Below are positions 47,164 through 56,697 of a DNA stretch of 64,000 bases, in pieces. Positions within the stretch are counted from its first letter, which is position 1. Every line of letters starts with the position of its first letter. Both the position numbers and the translations under genes were made by a program. The stretch is from NCBI GenBank assembly GCA_037308085.1, contig CP147779.1:486184-550183 (forward strand), written 5' to 3'. This DNA comes from Promethearchaeati archaeon SRVP18_Atabeyarchaeia-1. GTDB taxonomy: Archaea > Asgardarchaeota > Atabeyarchaeia > Atabeyarchaeales > Atabeyarchaeaceae. Under the pieces are notes generated by a model that saw nothing but the letters and a program-made list of their open reading frames with translations, was not told where the DNA came from and did not search any database.

Positions 47164-47790
47164 ATGAAAAGAGCTGCAGCAATACTGGCAGGAGGGGAAT
47201 CAAGTCGCCTTCCGAACAAGCCACTGGTTCTCCTCGCGAGGAAGCCCATGATCCTGTACACAATAGATAGGTGTAAGAAGATGGCTGATGAGTTGCTGGT
47301 TGTTGCGAACTCTGAGGAACAGTCTGACGCGATTCGGACCGCTATAGGCGAAGTGAAAAACCTGAGGATTGTGATCGACCGGAAGGAAGGCTTCTTCAGC
47401 CCGCTACTGGGGGCTCGCACCGCATTCGAGAATTCGAAAAGCGAGCTGACCCTCCTGCTCCCCTGTGACGCACCACTTGTAAGGGAATCAGTACTCGAGT
47501 TGCTTTTCACCGTAATTGATGACCGAGATGCCGTAATCCCCAGGCACCCCAATGGTCAAATAGAGCCACTTCACGCGGTCTATAGAACACGTGTCTCGCT
47601 CAAAGCCGTCTCCGATGCCCTCTCGTCCGGCAAGAGATCCATGAGAGATCTTATAATGAAGCTCAGTATAGTCTACATGTCAACTAAGGTGGTTAGACAG
47701 CTGGACCCGGACTTAGATAGTTTTGCCAACGTGAACACCCAAGATGAACTGAAGAGCGTAGAGCAGAAACTCACTCGCAGTGTGTTGTAG
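47164..47790 (+). CDS. mobA: MobA-like molybdenum cofactor guanylyltransferase
   Basis: AAILAGGESSRLP-NKPL, FFSPLLGARTA, LLLPCDAPLV, IEPLHAVY and FANVNTQDEL follow the MobA motif order. Confidence 0.7.
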   Translation: MKRAAAILAGGESSRLPNKPLVLLARKPMILYTIDRCKKMADELLVVANSEEQSDAIRTAIGEVKNLRIVIDRKEGFFSPLLGARTAFENSKSELTLLLPCDAPLVRESVLELLFTVIDDRDAVIPRHPNGQIEPLHAVYRTRVSLKAVSDALSSGKRSMRDLIMKLSIVYMSTKVVRQLDPDLDSFANVNTQDELKSVEQKLTRSVL

Positions 47791-47798
47791 GTGTTTCC

Positions 47799-48572
47799 AT
47801 GAGAACCGGCAACGCTGAACTAAGGGTCGAAATAATGGGCATTGAGGGGATACCAGAGATAAAGAGTGGGGACGACCTATCAAGGATCGTATCTCAGGCT
47901 GCTGAAAAGCAGGGGACGCCACTCAAGGAACGCGACATAATTGTAGTGACGAGCAAGATTGTTTCACTAGCAGAAGGAAAGACCGTTGATTTACGGTCAG
48001 TAGAACCTTCACACCTCGCCAAGCGGATAGCAACCGAGTCGGAAAAAGACCCAAGGCAAGTAGAGGTGATCCTGAGAGAAGCCAAGTCTATAGTACGTAT
48101 GTCAAGAAACCACTTGATAGTCGAAACCAAGCACGGGTTTGTGTGCGCAAATGCCGGGGTAGACAAGTCGAACGTAAAGGGAGAGAACATGGTCGCGACG
48201 CTGCCTGACGACCCAGACCGCTCGTGCAAGAGAATCAGAGACGGCATAAGAAAGCTATCCGGAATCGACGTGGCTGTCGTCTTGGCCGACACTTTCGGAA
48301 GATCTCTAAGGAGAGGAGTTGCCAACGTTGCGATTGGGGTTGCAGGTCTAGCCCCCATCTTGGACTTGCGCGGAACCTCTGACATGTACGGCTACAAACT
48401 CCGCGTGACCCAAATAGCGGTCGCAGATGAGCTCGCGTCTTCTGCGGAGCTTGTTATGGGTAAGACGAATTGGATACCAGCTGTAATAATCCGCGGCTAC
48501 AAGTACGAGAAAAATGAGGACGCGACGGCAAAGATCCTTGCACTTCCAGAAGAAGAAGACATTTTCAGGTAA
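47799..48572 (+). CDS. cofE: Coenzyme F420:L-glutamate ligase (CofE)
   Basis: IVVTSKIVSLAEGK...ETKHGFVCANAGVDKSNV....LP.DPD.S...IR..I....G.DVAVVLADTFGR..R.G..NVAIGVAGL. Confidence 0.8.
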   Translation: MRTGNAELRVEIMGIEGIPEIKSGDDLSRIVSQAAEKQGTPLKERDIIVVTSKIVSLAEGKTVDLRSVEPSHLAKRIATESEKDPRQVEVILREAKSIVRMSRNHLIVETKHGFVCANAGVDKSNVKGENMVATLPDDPDRSCKRIRDGIRKLSGIDVAVVLADTFGRSLRRGVANVAIGVAGLAPILDLRGTSDMYGYKLRVTQIAVADELASSAELVMGKTNWIPAVIIRGYKYEKNEDATAKILALPEEEDIFR

Positions 48573-48802
48573 CCTCTTCCCAAAGCTTGAAGCTCCCGTG
48601 CTTTCCGTTTCGTTCGCCCTGTCTCCGCCCCTCGCCGGGTCGGTGGTTCTGGAAAGCCAGTTACGGAAGTTGCGACTCTTGGGCTTTCTTGCGTCGCATG
48701 TCTTCAGCCCGCTCACCTCGTCAGACGCGGTGGGTTACACCTCGCGCCTCGGCACTCCGAGGCAACCATCCAAAGCCCCGCCCCTTAGGACGGGGGAGTT
48801 CT

Positions 48803-49723
48803 CTACCTTTGCAGCAGCATGGAGCAGTAACCGACTATCGCATCTCTTGATCCTTGAGTATCATAGGATGTGGCGTACTTGACCAGTTCGGCCTTGGAGA
48901 CGCCCAGTTGCTTGGCAGCAGTTATCGCTACCGCGACCGGCGCATATCCACACATTGTCAAATGTTTTTCGCTGACAAGTCGAAGAAGCTTTTTCTCATC
49001 CAAGTTCTTGATAGCCTCTATCACTTCCGCGTCGGTGTCTTTCACCCAGCTCACAACTTTTTCGATTGGAGTCATTCCCACGGGCGCGTAGCCATAGTGG
49101 ATTCCGTAGTGAGTTAAATCGGTACTTGCTATGACAGCTACGTCTCTATTCATTTCGACGACCGTGCTGGCAATCGCTTCACCTATTTCAGCACAGGTTT
49201 CCAAGTCTCCCAAGGATGTTGCTATAGGGACGATCTGAAGCCGCTCACCATACAGGGACTGGAGGAATGGCAACTGAACTTCTAAAGAATGCTCGTCCTC
49301 ATGAACTGACGCATCGTCGGCGATTATGGCGCCGTGCTTCAGTAGAGTATCGGAGAATTCTTCATCAATCTCAACGTCACCTAGAGGGGTGCGCCACAGT
49401 CCACGCTTCATGATTGCGACGCCAGCACCTAGCCCATGTACTGGACCCACCAATACGAATGTTCGAGGCACCCCGTCGACCGCCATCCGATAGTATAACG
49501 ATGCCGCAACAGGCCCAGAATAAATGTATCCAGCGTGGGGAACGACCCCCGCAATGATCCTCCTAGCACCTTCTTGATTTACCTTGGGATGCATCTTTGG
49601 GCCGTAAGGACTCATGTAGCAGTTCTCAATAGCTCGAAGTAGAGAATCCTTGTCACCCGGATAGAAGCCAATCGCACACGGCATCCTCACTTGCTTTGAA
49701 GCTTTTCCTCCCAATTTGGCCAA
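48803..49723 (-). CDS. MEMO1-family protein (AmmeMemoRadiSam system protein B)
   Basis: GFYPGDKDSL......C, VVPHAGYIYSGPVAA, EHSLEVQLPFLQ and STDLTHYG. Confidence 0.8.
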   Translation of the reverse strand: MAKLGGKASKQVRMPCAIGFYPGDKDSLLRAIENCYMSPYGPKMHPKVNQEGARRIIAGVVPHAGYIYSGPVAASLYYRMAVDGVPRTFVLVGPVHGLGAGVAIMKRGLWRTPLGDVEIDEEFSDTLLKHGAIIADDASVHEDEHSLEVQLPFLQSLYGERLQIVPIATSLGDLETCAEIGEAIASTVVEMNRDVAVIASTDLTHYGIHYGYAPVGMTPIEKVVSWVKDTDAEVIEAIKNLDEKKLLRLVSEKHLTMCGYAPVAVAITAAKQLGVSKAELVKYATSYDTQGSRDAIVGYCSMLLQR

Positions 49724-49939
49724 GTTTTACGACCTCCTATTCGAATCTTGCACGACCAAATGTAGCCTTTAGAATATGCCCAGAATACTAGGATCCAATC
49801 TAAAATAAATCCTTATTTAACTCCATGGAGACGCAACGCCCTCTTGTAGTTGATGCCCTGTTTCCTCGCCCAATCGGATTGTCATATTTAACCACTCGCC
49901 ATATACGGACCTACTTAGTGTCAAATCTCTCTATTGTTG

Positions 49940-50479
49940 CTACTCTCTGCGGGACTTCGCGACCCTTCTCTTCAGCTTCGTGCCACATATTGGGCAAACG
50001 TCCGACTCGGACGAGGCCGGATATTCCCTGAAGCACGCCGGGCAGGCGAGTCTCCAAACATAGCGATTGCGAATGCCCCTCTCAACGTACGGGAGGTATC
50101 CTATATTCAACATCCTAGCGAGATTCTGCAAAGCGTAGTCGTCGGAGACTAGAATGGGTTGATGGCCACCATCTCTTAGCTGCAGTGAAAGCGCGAGCAG
50201 AGACTTGTCGGTTGTTGAGACAGAGACGTCTCCGGTCTTCAAAACCGTCTCGTCGACTCTTTGAACGTATGATTCTTCTGGGGCGACGACCTCGATCGAT
50301 GTCTCGCTAAGAAGCGGCAGCTGAGTTGCCGAGTCGACCATGCCCCCTGGCAGTTCGCCAATGACGTTTGGAGTGGTGAATTGCCTAGCATTCGATAGAT
50401 GGCTTGAGAAACCGCTCAAGATCGCGCATGTATCGAGTACAATAATAGGCACGCCTTTCTCTCCATGTTTGGATTTCAA
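49940..50479 (-). CDS. nob1: Nob1-like PIN-domain endonuclease with C-terminal zinc ribbon
   Basis: N-terminal PIN domain (IIVLDTCAILSG...ILVSDDYALQNLA). C-terminal CPACFREY...CPICGTKL. Confidence 0.75.
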   Translation of the reverse strand: MKSKHGEKGVPIIVLDTCAILSGFSSHLSNARQFTTPNVIGELPGGMVDSATQLPLLSETSIEVVAPEESYVQRVDETVLKTGDVSVSTTDKSLLALSLQLRDGGHQPILVSDDYALQNLARMLNIGYLPYVERGIRNRYVWRLACPACFREYPASSESDVCPICGTKLKRRVAKSRRE

Positions 50480-50553
50480 GTTTCAAAGTACCGTCCGTTT
50501 CCTGTTTTCAGGGTAAAGTGATCGGATAGAATGCAGTCCGATTTGGCAGACTT

Positions 50554-51375
50554 CTATTTCGTGGAGCTAATGTTTAGCCTGCGTTTTAGGCGCTCGTAGA
50601 AATTAAGCCCTGTCCTCAGAATTGAGACTTTGCTCCTTGACTTCGATATCCTAATCTCTCTTACACCTGACAGGCGGGATTGGTATTCCCCGTCAACCAA
50701 AGTCATCAAATCGCCTTCGGTTATCACTTTGATCATGATAATCGAATCAGACGGAACTATGTAGGGCTTGAAATTTGTCGAAAGGGCGCAGATAGGAACT
50801 ATCATTATTGCCTCGAGACGTGGATCGATTATGTTTGCGCCGGCACTCAGCGCATAAGCCGATGCTCCCGTATTCGTCGATATGATTACGCCATCAAGCT
50901 TGTCTCTGGCTATCAAGACATCATCTACGTAGACTTCCACCTCAATTGGATGAGATGGAAGAGGACAGCCCACTCTGAATTCATTCATGGCAAAAGGCGT
51001 GTCGAGGTTACTCTCTAGGCTGAAGCACTCGTCCTTCGAGAATCTGCCGGCAAGGAGCTTATCCAAGGCTTTTAGAGCCTGGTTCCAGTCCTCATCACAA
51101 AGAAATCCCACCGTTCCCATCCTGATGGGGAAAATCGGAACCTTTCCGCCCGTCATATGAAAGGCACGTAATACGGTGCCGTCCCCTCCAATAGTCACAA
51201 TAAGATCAACCTTGAAATCAACTGTAGCCTTGTCCTTTGACCTTAAGATGTTGGCAAGTTCTTTTTCGTACCTGACCGATAATCCCTTGCCCTCCAGGTA
51301 AGAGCCTATTTCCCTAGCTAGTCTTGTCGCTTCTTCTTTGTCTAGCCTTGAGATCAGCGCGACGCTACTGAACAA
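50554..51375 (-). CDS. nadK: NAD kinase
   Basis: DLIVTIGGDGTVLRA plus a C-terminal NADK fold (ISTNTGASAYALSAG..I). The ORF track starts at 51471. An internal TTG at 51375 preceded by AGGTGG gives a typical 273-aa product. Confidence 0.8.
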   Translation of the reverse strand: MFSSVALISRLDKEEATRLAREIGSYLEGKGLSVRYEKELANILRSKDKATVDFKVDLIVTIGGDGTVLRAFHMTGGKVPIFPIRMGTVGFLCDEDWNQALKALDKLLAGRFSKDECFSLESNLDTPFAMNEFRVGCPLPSHPIEVEVYVDDVLIARDKLDGVIISTNTGASAYALSAGANIIDPRLEAIMIVPICALSTNFKPYIVPSDSIIMIKVITEGDLMTLVDGEYQSRLSGVREIRISKSRSKVSILRTGLNFYERLKRRLNISSTK

Positions 51376-51559
51376 GATTTGAGACCACCTTGAACGAATC
51401 GGAGAATTGGGAGAATTTGACTCCTGCAATCCAAAGAAAAAAGCGAGCTTGTCTATGACCCATACGTCCACTTAATGACTTGATCGAATGCTTATATTAC
51501 TTGCCTAAACGGTTCTGTCAAGTCTATCGTTGACTTATATGTCGGAAACGGCTGTAAGT

Positions 51560-51845
51560 GTCTAAGCACTTCCTCATTCCCACGGCATGTGGCTTACCTA
51601 GCTGAATGCGGGAGAGGAACAAAGGCAGGATACAGACGCAGGGCTGCGGTTCAGCCTGCTGGGAGTGGTAGGTGAAGCGATGGTAACGGCACCCCCGTTC
51701 CGAAGGAAGGGTAATCCGTTTAGTCGATGCCACCCAGTTGAGTCTTCAACCGAAGACTTGGCAGAACCCTAAACGAAACTGAACATGTCTTAAGGCGAAA
51801 CTCTTAAGAAGGTTGACTTCCAATGCCTTTGGCAGTGCAGTATGG
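51560..51845 (+). ncRNA. rnpB: Candidate RNase P RNA (divergent type A-like)
   Basis: J3/4-like GAGGAA (51614-51619). P4-like long-range pairing CAAAGGCA (51620-51627) / TGCCTTTG (51824-51831). P2-like GCACTTCC (51566-51573) / GGCAGTGC (51831-51838). P3-like CATTC/GAATG. CR-II/III-like GGTAGGTGAAGCGATGGTAACGGCACC (51667-51693). GCCACCCAG follows. A TATA-like CTTATATG lies about 25 nt upstream. Confidence 0.55.
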
Positions 51846-51883
51846 ATCAAGGTTTGAGTTCTCAGCGAGTTCTGGAAGTGACC

Positions 51884-52282
51884 ATGTTGAGCAAGAAGCC
51901 CGTTGAAGCTGGAAGTCTGAAAGAGGGCAACTACGTGATAATAGATGAAGAGCCAAGCAAAATAGTCAGTATAGAAAAAGGAAAAACTGGAAAGCATGGC
52001 CACGCAAAAGCTCACATTGTTGCAGTAGGCATTTTCAACAACCAGAAACGGAGCCTTGTTCTTCCAGTAGATTCCACGGTCTATGTTCCAATAATTGACA
52101 AGCGGACTGCGCAGGTCATTTCAGTTTCGCAGAATGCATTAATGTTAATGGATATGGAGACATATCAGAACTTTGACGTAGACAAATCAGACGTTGAAAT
52201 AAGTGAGAATCTTGAGGTAGGGAACCAAGTCGAATACTGGGATGTCCTGGGAAAGAAGAGGGTAATGCGATCAAAAGGCTAA
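51884..52282 (+). CDS. eif5a: Translation initiation factor aIF5A
   Basis: SLKEGNYVIIDEEPSKIVSIEKGKTGKHGHAKAHIVAVGIF contains the hypusine-loop KTGKHGHAK. Start set at MLSKKP, because the longer ORF overlaps the RNase P RNA candidate. Confidence 0.9.
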   Translation: MLSKKPVEAGSLKEGNYVIIDEEPSKIVSIEKGKTGKHGHAKAHIVAVGIFNNQKRSLVLPVDSTVYVPIIDKRTAQVISVSQNALMLMDMETYQNFDVDKSDVEISENLEVGNQVEYWDVLGKKRVMRSKG

Positions 52283-52311
52283 GACGTTAGTGGGTGGAAA
52301 CCGGCACAACC

Positions 52312-52713
52312 TTACTTCTCCAGAACCTCCTCGATCTTGTTAGCGTATTCTTTGAGGATCCGAATCACCAATCCTAGGTTTTCCTCTTCAGATCCCGCAC
52401 CTATGAGCAACAATCTCGGCCCCGCGCTTGTTAGAATAGTATAACCGCCAGCACCCCTTACAATTACCTGCCGCAACGGTGCCTGCTCCATCCTCTCCGC
52501 ACTCATCTCGCCCATGCTAAGCATCGCTGCAGATAGAGCAGCCAGCAGATCAGGATCAACATCCTTTCGCGCAAAGAAGGCGACTCTTCGTCCTTCCCTG
52601 GTGATCAAAGCGATAGCCTCGAGATCGATGTCGTTAGAGATCTTCTCAAGCAATTTCCCTATGCTTTTTTCCATCTCCTTGTCAAATAAAGAGTTACTGG
52701 AGTTGCTCATCAA
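52312..52713 (-). CDS. Roadblock/LC7 (MglB-like) domain protein
   Basis: 133 aa. ...LEAIALITREGRRVAFFA.....D.LLAALSAAMLSMGE........L..VIVRGAGGYTIL...G...LL is the typical Robl/LC7 pattern. Confidence 0.7.
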   Translation of the reverse strand: MMSNSSNSLFDKEMEKSIGKLLEKISNDIDLEAIALITREGRRVAFFARKDVDPDLLAALSAAMLSMGEMSAERMEQAPLRQVIVRGAGGYTILTSAGPRLLLIGAGSEEENLGLVIRILKEYANKIEEVLEK

Positions 52714-52937
52714 GATTCACCCACGTAAATATTATATGTTCTATCTTATATTTAGAAGGGTATACTCACTTCGACTAAGTGTGGCCACTCTGGGTCCGTA
52801 TCGGGTTAATCCTAGATGCCAGACTTATGGTGGTGAAGATTCATCTTTCTTTGGCTTCCGGGTCAAGGAAACTAATGAAGAGATTTGACCGTACTTGTTC
52901 AGAACATGAGAAACTCTGGAGTTTAGAGGGAATATCT

Positions 52938-54305
52938 TTGTCAGTCTTCCAGAAACTTGGCGAATCGCTTCATGCTGCGCTTAGGAAACTCAGCGGGTCA
53001 GGCCTAGTCGATGAAAAAGCCATAAAGGAACTCACCAGGGACCTCCAGCGTGCCCTTCTCCAGTCTGATGTGAATGTTCAATTAGTCCTCGAATTATCCA
53101 AAAGAATTGAGGACAGGGCTCTCTCGGAGAAATTGCCTCCCGGGATTACCAGAAGAGAGCATATAACAAAAGTCGTTTATGACGAGCTAACGTGGATACT
53201 AGGCGAGAAGAATGTACCCTTAGAACTAAGCCCTTCAAAGCCAAACGTGGTAGTCCTAGTTGGCATTCAGGGATCAGGAAAAACGACAACCATCGGCAAA
53301 ATGGCGAAACTGTTAAAGAAAGATTACAGGACAGCAATTGTAGCTGGGGACACTTTCCGAGTCGGAGCCTATGAACAGCTTAGGCAGATTGCCGAGCAGA
53401 TTGGAGTTCCAATCTACGGGAACCCGAACGAAAAGAATTCACTCAAATTGATAAAAGCTGGCGTGGAGGACTTTAGGAAGCAGGAATTCCAGCTAATCCT
53501 TGTGGATACTGCTGGCAGACACAAGGAAGAAAGCTCTTTGATGAAGGAAATGAGAGAGATTGTTACAGCGATCAAACCTGATGAAGTGATCTTGGTACTC
53601 GACGGAACGGTCGGGCAACAGGCAGCATCACAAGCTCAAGTCTTCAAAGAGAACACGAATATAGGCTCAATCTTGGTGACCAAGCTCGACGGATCAGCCA
53701 AAGGAGGAGGCGCACTCTCTGCAGTAGCAGCAACGGGTGTACCAATCAAGTTCGTTGGTACTGGGGAAAAGATGGACGACCTTGAGAAGTTCAATCCTCC
53801 GAGTTTCGTCGGAAGGCTCCTAGGCATTCCCGATATCGAAGGTCTAGTGGAGAAAGTCAGAGAAGCGGAAGTGGCCCCGACAAAGGGACAAGTGCAGACC
53901 TTCCTTAAAGGGAAATTCACTCTTCTGGATTTTCTCGAACAGATAAAGAACGTCAGCAAAATAGGGACGCTAGATAAGATCGCTGGGTATATGGGTCTAG
54001 GACCAAAAATGCCCAAAGAGGCTCAGGAAATCGCAGAGGCTAGGATAGCGAAGTGGAAAGCTGCGATGCAATCAATGACAAGAGAGGAACTTAACGATCC
54101 GAAAATGATAAGTGGTTCGAGAACAACCCGCATCGCAAGGGGATCTGGGACTACACCAAGAGACGTGAAGGAACTTCTCAAGCAGTTCTATGCCTCTCAG
54201 AAGATGATGAAATCTTTTGGGCGTAAGAGAGGTGTGCCTAAGATACCCGGGGTTCCTCCGGATTTGATGAAGGGTCAACGTTTCATGAAGGATGAACGAA
54301 GTTGA
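52938..54305 (+). CDS. srp54: Signal recognition particle protein SRP54
   Basis: N domain FQKLGESLHAALRKL. G domain VLVGIQGSGKTTTIGKMA, DTAGR and TKLDGSAKGGGALS. Met-rich M domain. TTG start proposed at 52938; an ATG at 52875 is also possible. Confidence 0.9.
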   Translation: MSVFQKLGESLHAALRKLSGSGLVDEKAIKELTRDLQRALLQSDVNVQLVLELSKRIEDRALSEKLPPGITRREHITKVVYDELTWILGEKNVPLELSPSKPNVVVLVGIQGSGKTTTIGKMAKLLKKDYRTAIVAGDTFRVGAYEQLRQIAEQIGVPIYGNPNEKNSLKLIKAGVEDFRKQEFQLILVDTAGRHKEESSLMKEMREIVTAIKPDEVILVLDGTVGQQAASQAQVFKENTNIGSILVTKLDGSAKGGGALSAVAATGVPIKFVGTGEKMDDLEKFNPPSFVGRLLGIPDIEGLVEKVREAEVAPTKGQVQTFLKGKFTLLDFLEQIKNVSKIGTLDKIAGYMGLGPKMPKEAQEIAEARIAKWKAAMQSMTREELNDPKMISGSRTTRIARGSGTTPRDVKELLKQFYASQKMMKSFGRKRGVPKIPGVPPDLMKGQRFMKDERS

Positions 54306-54898
54306 GGTCTTTCATTCTAATTATGGAGGAATTTCCTGAGATTAATAGGCGGGAAATAGATAGAGGCGTGATGAGTCAAGACGCAGTCACCCTCGCTGAC
54401 TGTGTTCGTTCCTCTCTGTTTACTTCTCGCGGTGTCAGGAAAGATACCAAGGTAATAGTTTATCCACTGGGATCCAAGAGTAGACTAATACGAATTGAAG
54501 GCGACAAGCTCAGGTACATGGGACCAGACGAGAGATCGGTCTCGATACTGCTTTCAATGTCAGCTACAAGACTGGCTACTGAGGGAACTGGAAACGAGAT
54601 CTCCTCCCCAGGAATTACAGTAGTCAGGAAAAGCGAATCGCTTGCCGGACTCAAAGGAGACAGTCTTGTCGTTTTCCGAAGTTCAGAGGGATCTGATCAG
54701 AGGGCAGTAAGGCTCGGCGAGAATGTTGCGTGTCTTTGTGCACTAGACTGTGAACGGGGTTTTGGTGATATCGGTGACTTCTTGGAGGTTAACGGTAAAT
54801 CTCCAATAGCGGTGAAGACCCATGCTCAGATAGACAAAGCCATTCTCATCATGAACAATGAACTTGACAGGCAATATGCTAATGAAAGAAGCAAGTGA
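54302..54898 (+). CDS. trmY: tRNA (pseudouridine54-N1)-methyltransferase TrmY-like (SPOUT, DUF358)
   Basis: MRSFILI...DCVRSSLFTSRGVRKDTKV..........IRIEGDKLRYMGPDERSVSILL parallels archaeal TrmY. The TTG start overlaps the srp54 stop. Confidence 0.6.
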   Translation: MRSFILIMEEFPEINRREIDRGVMSQDAVTLADCVRSSLFTSRGVRKDTKVIVYPLGSKSRLIRIEGDKLRYMGPDERSVSILLSMSATRLATEGTGNEISSPGITVVRKSESLAGLKGDSLVVFRSSEGSDQRAVRLGENVACLCALDCERGFGDIGDFLEVNGKSPIAVKTHAQIDKAILIMNNELDRQYANERSK

Positions 54899-54936
54899 TG
54901 TAGGAAATCAACGGCGTAAACGAGGTGTGTCGGGCG

Positions 54937-56277
54937 ATGGAAATCATCGACAAGACGCTGAAGCTCCTGGAGAACTATCCTCTCTGTGACAACTGCCTTG
55001 GAAGGCAATTCGCCTTGTTGGGAGTCGGTCTTGACAATAAGTCAAGAGGTAAGACCTTGAAGAATGTCCTTCTAATGCGGGCCCATCTTCTAATGGAGAA
55101 TGAGGGTAGTAGAGATGAAGCGACGAGGGTTCTCAGAATCCTGGCGAGCAAAGGCAACTATGAGCCGGCAGTAAGGACTCTGGAGAAACTTGTTATAGCT
55201 CAAGAGGGAAAGAGTGAGAAATGCTTCATATGTTCGAACATCCTGGACGGCTTGGACGAACTTGCGGGAATAGCTAGGGACTCTTTGACCGGTTTGGACT
55301 TCAAGACTTTTCTCGTTGGCTCAACGATCCCGCCTGACGTAATGGAACGAGAGGATCAAATAAGAAGCACTGCAAGTTCTAACTGGTGCGAATCTCTCAA
55401 GCGGGAAGTGAACAGAGAAATCGGCAAGAGACTAAAGCTACTTGTGGATAAGGAGCCGAACTTCGACTCCCCAGATCTGACGATTTCGGTCAGCCCTTTC
55501 AATAAAAATGTCTTAGTCAGGTCTAACCCACTTTTCATTGGCGGACGATACAGGAAGCTCGTAAGAGGTATTCCACAAGCCACCTGGCTCTGCAGGAAGT
55601 GCAGAGGATCTGGTTGCCCCGACTGTAACTGGTCTGGCAGGATGTACGAAAACTCAGTCCAAGATTTCGTTTCCAAGCCGTTCCTGGAGGCGACAAACGG
55701 AGCAGAATGCAAGTTCCATGGTGCAGGGCGGGAAGACATCGACGCTAGGATGCTTGGAAGCGGTCGGCCGTTCATCTTGGAGGTTAAGGAACCCAAAACG
55801 AGATCTGTTGACTTCCAAGCAGTTGCTGAGAGAATCCGCAACGATTCACAGGATCGCGTGGAGGTACTCGATCTCAGACCCTCATCCCGCGACGAACTTA
55901 GGAAAATAAAGACGATGGCCACGAAAGCTGAAAAGACGTATCGAGCCATTGTAGCTGTTGAAAGAGACGTCTCCGAAGAGGACGTCAAAAGGCTAACCGC
56001 CGATTTATCTGGCGCACTAATCAAGCAGAGAACCCCCCTAAGAGTCTTGCATAGGAGGGCGGACAAAGTCAGAATAAAGAAAGTCTACAACCTCCAAATC
56101 AATTTGATTTCTCCACGCAAGATGGAGGTCACCGTAACGACGCAAGGAGGACTTTACGTCAAGGAACTAGTGAGCGGGGACGAAAATAGAACTGCACCAA
56201 GTTTCTCACAAATACTCGCGATGAGAGCAGATTGCCAAGAGCTTGACGTCGTCGACGTAGCTGATCAGTTTATATAG
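54937..56277 (+). CDS. pus10: tRNA pseudouridine synthase Pus10 (Psi54/Psi55)
   Basis: N-terminal zinc/THUMP-like region (PLCDNCLGRQFA, CFICS, CRKCRGSGCPDC). Catalytic region GAGREDIDARMLGSGRPFILEV. Then LHRRADKVR.K.VY. Confidence 0.8.
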   Translation: MEIIDKTLKLLENYPLCDNCLGRQFALLGVGLDNKSRGKTLKNVLLMRAHLLMENEGSRDEATRVLRILASKGNYEPAVRTLEKLVIAQEGKSEKCFICSNILDGLDELAGIARDSLTGLDFKTFLVGSTIPPDVMEREDQIRSTASSNWCESLKREVNREIGKRLKLLVDKEPNFDSPDLTISVSPFNKNVLVRSNPLFIGGRYRKLVRGIPQATWLCRKCRGSGCPDCNWSGRMYENSVQDFVSKPFLEATNGAECKFHGAGREDIDARMLGSGRPFILEVKEPKTRSVDFQAVAERIRNDSQDRVEVLDLRPSSRDELRKIKTMATKAEKTYRAIVAVERDVSEEDVKRLTADLSGALIKQRTPLRVLHRRADKVRIKKVYNLQINLISPRKMEVTVTTQGGLYVKELVSGDENRTAPSFSQILAMRADCQELDVVDVADQFI

Positions 56278-56404
56278 CCTTAGAAACTTATTTATGGAGC
56301 AAAATACCGGAGCGCCGAAACATCTATCATAATCGCCGGATGATCATCGTCCGTCAAGCTGCGGAACGACACTGACTTCACCTTGGAACCGAGGTAGGTA
56401 ATTT

Positions 56405-56695
56405 ATGAAAGGCACAAGAGGGTACAAGAACGGAACAAGAAAACTTCTGCGAAAGCACATCCGAAGCAAGGGTATGATCCCATTGGGAAGGATGCTTCGC
56501 GAATACTCGCCTGGTGAGAAGGTTAACATAATAATAGACTCAAGCATTGCAAAGGGACAACCACACAAGAGATTCCACGGAAAAGTGGGGGAAATAACGG
56601 AGAAGAGAGGAAGAGCATACGTAGTGCTGGTCAAAGACGGTAATCTTGAGAAGCAGGTGATAGCGAGACCAGAACATCTGGTTCCCCACAAGTAG
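56405..56695 (+). CDS. rpl21e: 50S ribosomal protein L21e
   Basis: MKGTRGYKNGTRKLLRKH.R.KG..PL.R.L.EY..GEKV.I.ID.S..KG.PH.RFHGK.G. Confidence 0.9.
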   Translation: MKGTRGYKNGTRKLLRKHIRSKGMIPLGRMLREYSPGEKVNIIIDSSIAKGQPHKRFHGKVGEITEKRGRAYVVLVKDGNLEKQVIARPEHLVPHK

Positions 56696-56697
56696 AG

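Noticed and set aside
47001-47552. ORF 47001..47552 (-), 183 aa. Many similar long antisense ORFs also occur, for example 270..833, 1552..2013, 18105..18635, 47894..48385 and 55356..56066.
   Set aside because: Each lies opposite a confidently identified gene and has Ser/Leu/Arg-rich, low-complexity composition typical of antisense frames.
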